A stretch of 64,000 nucleotides of DNA from Rotaria socialis (Eukaryota). The translations under genes were made by a program, and so were the position numbers. Shown in pieces: positions 39,401 to 51,400 of this stretch. Under the pieces are notes generated by a model that was not told where the DNA came from, ran no database searches, and was given only the letters and a program-made list of their open reading frames with translations. Within the stretch, counting starts at the first letter, position 1. Every line of letters begins with the position of its first letter. The stretch lies in the NCBI GenBank assembly GCA_905331295.1, contig CAJNYD010000449.1, positions 124,001 to 188,000 on the forward strand. Direction: 5' to 3'.

Positions 39401-42400
39401 GTTTAAATAATAGAAAACTCGATGCGTGGAAAATCATTTTCTTTCAAACTTTATAACTATTATAGGAATACTATCCCTACAGTGTCCCGAACGTTTCTTT
39501 TCTTAGCGAAATAGTAAAATTGTTTGAATTAAATCATACTGAATGTCTACTAGTCTAAGAGTCAGACTTGCGGTGAATCCAATTGATTTCGTGTAATCAT
39601 ACGAAATGAAGTACTGTGGTGGAAAATATTTCTTGCAAACTAGTTTTGTAATGGTAGATTTTTACATGCAATAGACAACTATGATCACTATAGGTGATTA
39701 ATTTTTCTGGATACTTTTACTTAATTACAATTAGAGGAAAATCTTTTAAACTAAAATAAAGAAGAAAATTATTTGAAAGTACATACTCCAAATTGACTAT
39801 AAAAGGCAATAACAATAACCATATTAACAAAATCACAGAAGAACATGGGTGCATAAACGTCACGAACAAATAATGCTTGTTTCAGTTGGCGATAGAATTT
39901 CATAATTGATTTCATAAAATATATATTACTGAAAAAAAATAAACATTAAGCTATACAATAAAATACGTATATAGCTACTGAAGAACAACAAAAATAAACT
40001 AAGAGAAGATTTAAACATGCTCGACTAACAAGTTTTTCTATGTGTGTTAATATTCATACCTCATGAAGTATATGAATCTGTTGTGTAATTTATATATACA
40101 TATACATAAATACATAGGTGTAGCTATAATATAAGAATTAATTTTTAAATCACTCACCTTTTTATGCGTGGTTTTTCTAACTGATCATCTGATTGTTGTT
40201 GTTTTTGTTGTTCTTCATTACGAGCGGTATGTTCAGTTATAGAATCTAAATATGCAATCAATAGAATTATGATAGTATTTTAATTTTTTCGCCAAACATA
40301 TATAATCATGATAGAACTGTGCTCTAATTACAACTTTCATATTACAAGTAGTTTACTTTACATAAACGTAACAATGGGAACTATTCTCGGAAAGAAGAGG
40401 TTTCTTGTAAAGAATATCGTTAGTTCCATCCAAAACTATGCTGATATTGAGATTTAATTAGCTTAATCATGCATTGAAAGTTTCATATATGACAAATATT
40501 TTGCATTGTCAAATAGTAAATGAGAAAGGAGATAGAGTTTTTCTAAATTGTTACTAAAATATGTTTATTTCTTTTTAAAGGCATGTTATCATAAGAAGAA
40601 AAAGTTTATTCTCTCTTCAAATTCTGCTTTATGAATGAAAGTCAAAGCATGTTCTCTTGAGTAATATTTTATATCAATATGATTACTTTGAAGTTTTTAT
40701 GACGTAATATTCTCAAACTTAAAATCTCAGTAAAATAGTCCTAACTAGTGTTCGGTAACTCGAATTAATATGAAACTAAAGAATCGAACCGAAATTTTGA
40801 AAAAGATACGAAAAGTTTGATTTCGTAATACTATAAAATAAATATTCTATCAGATATGTCTAAAGCTGTTTTAATTCCGTGGTATCTGTAATTTCATGAA
40901 ATAACAAGTTAAAGTTTGTCAAAGGGAACTTTATAATTGTTGCATATTTATCATGATTTATTGATTCTAATAGTATGTAATAGTTTAGGAAACAAGCTCT
41001 AGTCACTTCTGGAGAATAAAGCAACAAGACATCAAATGATTATCAGTTTTGTTTAATTACACTCAGTAAATTCTATACAAGTGCATGGATACTGTACTAA
41101 AAAACAATTCTATCACTTGAAAAGATGTGCTGTTAAAGTTGCATTGTGCGAGCAAAAGAAAATTTTAATTCTTTTACGTACTAATTGGTGTTGTTCGTTC
41201 TGATTTCCAAAGTCCGAGTTGCTAGAACGGGAGAAAATGAAAAGAAATAAGAATTTAAATTCTTTTAAAACTTATACTTTTAAAATAGATCGATGAAGAA
41301 ATAATGATAAAAGTAAAAATAAATCAGCAAATGAAGTAGCACTTTGTTTTCGATCGATTCCAATAATGTTTACTGCTGCTAGTGGACGAACATCTGCTAT
41401 GTCAGCATTCCATGGATAAAATCGAAATTGAAATATATATTCAACTACGATCATGGCTTCTGTATATGTCAAAATAGTAATCCAAAAATTTCGTGTTGGC
41501 CGTGGTGATAAAGTTGCCCAAAGAAATATTGATAATGGTAGTGGGATTGATAAAAGTGCGCCGCTTGTTAAATGATCTATTATCATAGCTGAATAGCATA
41601 GAAGTTCAGATCGAGACATTGTTAAATAAAATAGAGAATCGAATAAACGGTAAAGACGTGAATGTTCACTTAATGGAATCGATTGAGATACTTTTCGAAG
41701 AGAAATATTCCTATGTAATAATAATAACAAGTAAAAATAAGACTAATCTAAGAAGAAATTTACCGAGATTGTTGACCACCACCACCACCACTACCATCAA
41801 TCATGTCATTGATGCTAATTACCGAAGTCTAGACAAGAATAAAAAAGAATGAAGATTTTTAGCGAATAATTTTACAATGAAAAATTTACTAGATCAGAAC
41901 TTGTTTCCATTCGCATTCGTTGTTTTTGAAAAACTTTGTCTTCCACTTTCATTTCAGCTAACTTATTTGAAACTTCGCGATAATCACGAGAATTTCGATT
42001 AACAAAATCAATAAAATAGTCAACAATAATCCAAATAATTAAACGAATTTTAAATAAAATCTGTTTTTGTCTTGTTTTCAGTTTTTCTTTTTAAAAAAAA
42101 AAGAAATAAAATCATTAAAAACTATACGATAAATCTCAAAAATATAATAGTCTACCTTTGGATTCAACAGATGTTGCCTGTTCAGGTATTGTTGAATCTG
42201 GCATTGTTTCCATTGTTGTGGATGAAAGAGGAGGAGGAGGAGATCGTGGTCTTATAATTAGTTCTTGAACATTTGATTCAAGCACAGATGATTTTCGAGG
42301 CTCTGTAAGAGAGAAATTAGCATTCATTTGTGTGTTTTTCTTCATTTCAAAAGTAAAATTTACTTTTAAGTGAGTCACCAATACTTTCATCTTCATCAGT

Positions 42401-45400
42401 TGCTACTAAAACTTGAAAAATCTATTTAGAAAAAAGAAAAGAAAAACATTGATATAATTTTTCTTTCGTTTGAATTTCTTCGATTATGAGTAAACCTGAT
42501 TTTGAGCAGCATCAGCTTCATTTTGTGCTCCCTCATCGTCATCATCTTCTTTTTTTTCGTCTGATTCATAATCAAACATATAATAATCAGCCGATCGTAT
42601 AGCTATAATAATTCAATAAAATATTTTATTTAAATTGATTCTAAACAAACCTTCAAAATGTTCAGATGATTCTGTCAGTGTCGAAGGACGTATACTCTCC
42701 GATTTATTCAATTTCGATTGTTGTTCTTTAATTCGTTTTAAATTTCGAGTTATTTTCGATACGGTTTGTTCTTCACGTAGACGATCTTCTTCCATTCGTT
42801 TCAGTGATATTTGATTAAATAAAGCAGCACCTTGGCTAGCTAATTTAGCTTGAGAACGAAGTTCAGTTACAATATGTTCCCAATAGTAACTACCAAACAT
42901 TCGTTTTTGCAATAATAAAAATATCATACAAACGCCATCCCTTCAAATAATACAAAATTTATTTTTATTGTACGATTATCAATCTTAAATTGTAGTGATT
43001 TGTTTTATTTATACAATAAAATCGATGATGACAGATTTTTTTAATTATGACATTTCGTAGAAAGAAGAGTGTGAGTGAGGATGAGGATAAGGGTAAAGAT
43101 GATCCCAACACCGACATCCTCAAGATTCAGCTAAACTTTTAAAAATATCTTTTTTTTTATGCTTAAATAGATGTATCTTTGTAAATACTACATTTTGTTT
43201 AAAAATAAATAATGTGAAAATAGTGTTAAGAAATAATGATGATCAAAACTATGTTAATTTATTTGGTGATCAAAAGTATTCTCACCCATTAAAGATGTGC
43301 AAATATACGAATGATCTATTTATTACTCCTTAATTGTAGAAAATTTTGTATATTACATTGTTATTTCTCTAGAAAAATCTCTCAATCAAAAGCTTTCTTC
43401 TGTCTATAGGAATAAAATTGTCATCGAATTAATATATGACATTATCATAATTTTATTTACATAAAAAGACTGGCATCAGCAGCATCTCGATCACATTGTT
43501 CATTAGGATCTAGAATTTAAATAGCACAAAACAAAATGAATTTAATGTACCATACGAATAAAATAGAGAACATCTAAATAGACTTACCCTTATAAGATAC
43601 ATAGCAATCACTTGACGGTTTAAAATAAGATTTCAAACATGGTACAAACAAATCCACTATTATGCAAAATGAAGAAGTGCGCGATGTCATCGTGCAAGTT
43701 GAAGATGGATAAAGAAGCATGCAAACTACCACCTAGAGAAAACATTCAATATATGACATCAATTTTCTAATTAAACTATTAGATTTAAAAAAGAAGAAGA
43801 AACACGCTTGATGAAATAAAATACTGATCCTGAAATGCATCTATACATTCAAGAAGAGTTTGAAAATGAGAAAAAACCTGTTACAGGAGTATTGCTAGGA
43901 TGGTTGAATCTCTGAATTCCTGATTGTAAACAAGCTATTGCAAAGACTTGTTGTATTAAACATTGACTTGATAGAACACCAATGCAAGCAACAACCTGAA
44001 AGTTTTTATCTCTCATTTGCCTAGTATTATTATTTGATAGAAAGAAAAAAGACCATCATCATTCAGATTTCTCCTGGCATACCTGTAAACATGTCTTTAA
44101 AAATATTACTGAAAAACAATAGTATATTAAATAGTTCCACCTAAAAACAAAACAAAAATGAAATGCAAGAAAATGTTCAAAATAATCAACATACGATCGT
44201 AACATAAAAGCGACACGTTTTGTTAAAAAATCTTGACCATACCAAAGAAAATAAAAGCATGCTATAAGATAACCAAGACCAAGTAGACTAATGCGTGTTG
44301 TTCCAGCAAGATAAACAATCGATAAAACAACCCATACGCCATACATAAATACTGCATATTTTATATGATCAAGCCAATGTCGTTTATTTGTTACAAAATC
44401 CCATGTTGGATTATTTTTGTACATATCGTCATCGTAAATTATTTCACGATTTGATCCACCAGCATCATTATACACGTGATCCTTTTCGTTTGTTTCATAT
44501 GCAAATACACGCCATTGTTGACAAGCAAATAGAAATTGAAAGAAATCAGCTACAAATGATTTAACATTTACAGAAGTATTTAATAAATATTAAGTATATA
44601 TATATATATATATATTACTAATCAACTGGGTTGCCAATGGTGGATCTATATAATCGGGCAGATGAAGCCAATGTCTCAATTGTGGCCAAACTCGTATATT
44701 GATATTTGTCCATGGATACTCTTAAAATGATTTGAAAAATTTATTAGACTATTCGAACAAAACTGTAAAATGAATGTCTATCTCAAAAGATGTTCATCTT
44801 ATGATTATTATGTATGAATATAAGATAATCACTTCTTTTTCAAAGCAAAGGATATCGATAAATTCTCTTCTTCTGCAATTTGTCGTATAATTAGACTGAA
44901 TTCTAATGATTATTTTGGGTGTTTGAGTCAAAAACATGATGAAAGTAAAAATTTCTTCTATTTAAATCGTGAAAACGAAAACCAACTTGGTTTGTGAAAG
45001 CAAAAGCCTTCATCCTGTTCATAATTATGAAAATCAGTGAGATATAAGAAAAGACTAAAATGAAAAATTTCTCAGCTGGGATCAATCGAAAGCTAAGAGT
45101 GTTCAATTATGTCGGCATGAGATTATAGTTTTCAGCAAGTTACCATGCAAATCAAAATAGAATGACTTAATGGCTGTTTTCGAATCTAATGGAAAAATAA
45201 ACTCTGAAATAGTTTTCTCTTGATCAAAATTAAAACTATGCGGTTATGCGCATCTCTAATCCTGAACTGTAGTTCTCTATAATACATCTTTTATTCTTTA
45301 AGAATAGAGACATCGATAAGTGTCTTCTAAGTCAGGACGAATACTTTTTTGAAATATGAAAGATTACTTTGAATTCAAATACTGAATAGTTAGATGGACA

Positions 45401-48400
45401 TTCCAAAAAAAAATAATTTAATCACTTACCAAAGCATAGAATCGGTGGTGTTCCAACAGCAATCATGTATTGCAGTGGAAAAGCAATAACTTGAAATAAA
45501 ATATAAATAGGCCATAATCTTCGCACGGCTCGTCGCCTTGAAATCAAAAATAGGCCAAGCCATATGGCATAAAAAACAGCAACGACGTCAAGACGAACAC
45601 TGATAACAATTATTGTTGTTATATAGCATATCTAAAGAGAACCGTGATAGATATGTTTAGAAAATGTCTCGAATTAGACATCTTACTTCTAAACCGAATC
45701 GATAAAAGAGAAAATTCAAGAAATATTTAAAGAAATTCTTTAAACCTTGATCAGCTTGTTGATAACTAGTAATATCATGTTCGTATGTATCATCATGGAC
45801 ATTTTTTAATGCAAATGGTTCAAATAAAATTGGGAAACGATTTTCAATAAGATGAACATTAAAATGAACTGATAATGTTAAACGACGATGTCTTTGCCGA
45901 TATCGTACAATTGCATCAAGTGTTAAAACAATTGTTAATATTATATACGTCTAAAAAAGAAAAATCTATCTTTGTTTTTTTTCTGCTTGTGCTTAAGAAT
46001 TTTATTTCTTTTTACGCCAATGAATTGACCCATATTTGATGTTAATTCAAGACCAAACCATTTTGCTGTGTCATTAGGTATTATATTGGCAGCTGAGCCA
46101 AGCGTAACATTTAAATTGAACGTCATATTCGAATCCAATGTCATATTTGAATCAATCTAAATTAATTGTTTAATGATTTAAAAATAAAACGTTGTTCTTT
46201 TTGATCATTTTACTTTAGAGCAACTTTTAACAAAAATATTTTTTTCAATTATTTGTTTTTTTGCTATTTCTAACTGATAACACATTGATGCAAGAATATA
46301 AATGCCAGTAATAATTAATGTTAATAAATTAATTAATGACCGAAGACGTAATAGTGTTAAACCGATGGTTGTTAAAATAATTAATGATATATTAAATGCA
46401 CAAACCTAAACAAGAACGAGAATGAATAATAATAATTGTTGCACTAAACAAAGATTTCGACTATATTTCTTTTACTTTGAGTGAAGCAACAAGAACCATC
46501 ATGAAAAGAACAAGTTTGTATGAATGTAATTCACCGAAACGCCAACTATAATAAATGATTTGCTTATAGAAACGATTGGCTCGAAAATAAAATTTATATA
46601 AAGTTTCTAGCCAAGTTTTCGTTTCATTCTTTAGTATCTGTTGACTATGAAGGCTGTTTACATGTTCAGTATTTTCTAAGCATAAAGATTGAAAATGAAT
46701 AATAATTAAAAACAACAAAGAAAAGAAATTTTACGTTTTGCATAAGCATGAATATCTTTTAATGTGCCATTTGGTATTCCTTGAATGTTTTTATCACTAG
46801 AAAATTATACGAATAAAACAAAATGGCTTATTCTATCGAAAAACAATGGTGATAGTTTATGCTCTTCGTTAATAACAGACAACTCAAAGAGAAAGAAATA
46901 TGTTAATTATTACGATGATCATATACATATTATAGTTTACATGTGGAGCGAGGTAGATCATGCGTATTTATGTTCATGGTATGTGAATCTTTCTTGGATG
47001 AAAAATTAACGATCAGATACTATAGAATCATATAGAATTTATTAAAAACATAATTTACGGGAAATTGCACACTTGGAGTTTCGCTGTGTTCTCAATCTTC
47101 CACAGTTATCAAAAGCCCTTCGGAATTAGGACAATGAGTGCGTTTTAGATGCAATTGTAACTTGATTTCGACTTCAAAAGCATTTGCGAGCGGAACATCA
47201 TTTATACAACTAAAGAATCACTAGAACTCGTGGAACAGTACAACTAAGCAACGGTGATTATCACTGTGAAATCACACCATTGCCATTTGTTCATTAATTT
47301 GTGCAACAACAAACAAACTGGATTCAAATTTTATTCAGTTTGTTTGATATAGATACAATTACTTTAAAACTATACTCGACAAGTTTATCGGCTATAGATA
47401 GCGATCCAATGACAGTTAAAATTAAGAATAGTCAGCTCTTAAATAAACTTCAACTGTAATCCATGTTAACGTTGATACGATCCAACGTGCGCAGATGAAA
47501 CTCTCGTGTGTGAAAACGATTTGTCTCGAAAATTGTCTTTTCCTTATTCAACTTCTAATGTTACGCTCATCTTTATGTGAAGCATGTATATTTTGTCTAT
47601 TTTCTTCTGATTTTCAGCATACTATTAGGCACAAATAAAAGCTTATCAAGTAATATCCACTGAACTTAAATGATAATTTTTAACTTTGTATTTATCTAAA
47701 AATGAAGAAATCTGTGTTTCAATCAAGCATAACAGTGGTGCATATGGTATGTTTCTGATGAAAATCAGACAGTAAGACATGCAACAATGAATGATCGTTT
47801 CCAAATTCTATCTTATATTAGACGATAAAAAGTTCAGAAAAAATTGATATTATCATAATTTTTTAAGAAATTTCGACAACTGTAGAAAATCGGCCACATT
47901 GCCCAATTTCTAGTGCAATTCGAACACTATCCAGATTCTGAATGTTCAATGTTCAGTAAATAATAAAGAATATGCTGAGCATCATTCAACGCATGTGAAT
48001 CCTTTAGAAACCCATTGCATTGCATAGAAATCATGTTTGTACTATTCAATTTTATCTTTTCTAGAAGATTCATTGATAAATGTTTTGAACATAGTGTATG
48101 TGATCTTCATTTCATATTTAAAAAAATAGATACTTCAAGATTCGTTGATCTAAATTAACTTTTTTGTCTTCACTAATAATGTTGACCGATTTTCTTGTAT
48201 ACGACTACAATCTGTTGACTAGAAATTAGCTGATTATTGCTGAGACGGTGTATGTCTTTCTCTCTATTTAATACAGCACAGTCATTGTCTCTCCGAATGA
48301 TACCAAAAGAAACCGATTTTTCGAAGTTCTACTTCCAATATAACAGGGTAGTTCATTCTGAATGCTTTCGAGTTTTTTTTATTTATCCTATACGATCTTT

Positions 48401-51400
48401 ATTCTTGAATAAATGTTGTAATTCTGCAGCAATTAAATAACAGCGTGGAATCTGTGTATATCATCTACAATATCTTGATGCCATAAATGATACCCATTTT
48501 TTTGGACTGAAAAGCAATTAACCTATTCGAAGACTCTCTTGGTAATTATCATAAGTATTCTAGTTTTTCATTCGCATCTATCTTTTCCTTCAAATTATTT
48601 AAACTACTAAAAATCAATTTCTCGAACTGTTATCGTAAGAAAAAAAAACAGATCTTTTCTTCATCCTATATAGTCATTCAAAAGAATAACAATGCAAGAA
48701 AACTACCTGGGCATCGTAATTAAATCCATCCAACCAGAATGAAAATAATAAAGTTGCATAATATTAACAATAAGAAATGTGCTTGGTGTCAATAATCTAA
48801 CAGCCAAAACGTCTGATGCAACAGCTTCAAGTCCAATTGATGCAAGGCTTGACGAGAAAAAGAAAACAGTTAGACTATAAAATATCTGTTATTCTTCTTC
48901 TTCTTTTTAATTAAACCTTACATTTCTGGACTAAATCGTGCTAATAAAAAATTTTCAACTACTTTAAACTAAAATATAAGAAACAAATTAAATATTATTC
49001 AAATTATTCGAGAGCGTCACCTGATAAATATATATTCCAATTAAAATAATCATTGAATAGATGATAATCGTTAAATGAAATGTAGCTGCTGTTCTCCGCC
49101 AAAATCCAAATGAAATCTTCAAATAATAAAAAAAATTGTTTTTGCATTTTGTATTACTCAATCTGTTTTTACTTGGAATGAAAGAATGAAGAATAAATAA
49201 AAAGCCATGTAGATTATTCGATAAATCACAACAGTATTCTGAATGCTAACAAGTAGCAGCATTCCACATGAAAAAAATATCCAATATTTTGTTAAAATAT
49301 TAATCAGCCATTGTCCTATAATACATATGAAATGCTTTTTTGATTATTTAAAAAAGTTCAAAGATTTTTACCAAATCGTCGCGGATATGAATCAGGTGAT
49401 CTACTGAATCGTTGATCTATAAAGAGAAGACAGCATATGAATACTTGTGGATTAAAAAAAATGTTTCTACATAAACAAATAAATTTTTTGAAACCTAAAT
49501 CAAAAATTTTTCGAATATAGCTAACCTTCAATGGTTGAAACATTAGGATTTTGCCGTTCATTTATATATTGTCGAAGTGTTAACCAAAAAAACATCATAT
49601 ACAATGACTAAGGAGAAATGAAGAATGAAATTTTGATTCCTGTCTTTTTTATTTACATACTTTAGCAAGTAATGGTACGAAGGCTGGATAATAATCATTC
49701 GTTTCGATGCCAATTTGTTTCATCGTTTGACGATCATAGGCAAATTCAAATTGATCAAAACTTATGTTGAGACCGCATATATATTGTAATGTTAGCAATA
49801 TTCCACCATAAAGTGTAAAAAATGGACTCATTCTTAAACACCACTTTCGAGAATTGGGTAATACCCAAAGAAAGCATGCCCAAAGAAGAAATACTAATGT
49901 TATTAAACTATGAAATGTTATACTCCATACCTAAATAGATTCATTTATAACGATATTAAAATTAATTAATATTCTTTTTGTTTTACCAGCATAGAAATTA
50001 TCGATAGTAAATAACTTTGTCTTTCTAATACACGAAGTAACGATAATGCAATAAAAACTATTCGTTCTTGCCATGTATGATCACCAGGTTGCTCTAGGCT
50101 CCATCGATTTGATGATTTTCGAGGGCTTTGTTCTGACGTATCAGATCTTTCGACAGTTTTAACTAAACTCTATAATATTTACAAGCAGAATTAGTAAATA
50201 TCATTATGGTAACAATAAATCAAGCTTTGACATTTAGATTAAGGAAATCAAATAATAAATCATAACAAAAAAGTGAATTTCAATGAATTATTAGTACATT
50301 GAAATCAAATATTGGGAAAACCTAATACAATAATGATAGAGCATTTAGAGGCTCGGCAGCTACAAAAAGCATAAATACTAAATTTTACGTTTATTTAAAA
50401 AGGAACAGTACTCACTAACAACTTAACTGGCTAGAGCTTTTCGCCAAAAATGGACTGATAAAGAAAATGAATGCCCCATTATTGCACAAAAGAAAAGGTT
50501 TAATCTATGGAGATTTATTGTAACGCACTATTCGAAGATCTTAATTCATATTGCCCTACCGTTTATATTATATTAATCTGATTTATTTTCTGTTTTATAA
50601 CTTCTACACGCAGAATAGAATAAACTACATCAATAATTAAATGTTCCCAGATATGTAAAAGATCTTGTGCTAGACAATCATTGTGCTAAATTTTTTCGTG
50701 CTGAGTTTCCACCAACCTTTCTTGCTTTATACTTTTTTTTTTGATTCAATACATAGAAGACTACTCATACAGAAGTGTAGAAAAGCATGCAGCCGAATTA
50801 TATATGAAAACAAAGGCAAACCTGTTTATCGGCACTGCGACGAAAATTCATCTAATTAATTTACATGCAGAATATGACACAAGCAAATGATTGAAACATG
50901 AAATAATGATATAATTTTATTCTTAGCCCATTTCTTACCTGTTGTTCCATAGATTGTAGTGTTGTACTGTTCAATCGTATTTTCTGAATAAGAACAAACA
51001 AATTGTTTTCTAATAGACAAATGATTCATTTCATTTACTCGTCGAGAAAGGGCTCGATCCGTTTCAAAAACAAGATAGAAATAAAGCAGCATAATAGCAC
51101 CCGGATTGACATAATCATTCCATGCAAGATTTGTTGCAAGATTTGGTTCATTTTTTGTACAATTAGTTGTTACAATGGCTGTTAAACCTGTGATGCTATT
51201 AAAAGAATTCACAAGATAAACGCATGCATATCAATTTTCTCACGCTAGATTTTACTTACTTGCTCCATAATGAAAATGGAGTTATAAATTCTTGAAAAAA
51301 TGTAAATTGATAGAGATAAAGAGTAAGTAAATGTATGGCCGCATAAATGACTAATAAGGAACGGAATAATACAAATTTTCTACCGAATTTGACAGATAAT

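Noticed and set aside
46940..46995. Exon-like segment in a Piezo intron (KDSHTMNINTHDLPRST)
   Set aside because: Its phases do not fit the flanking phase-2 junction, and the compatible frames contain stops.
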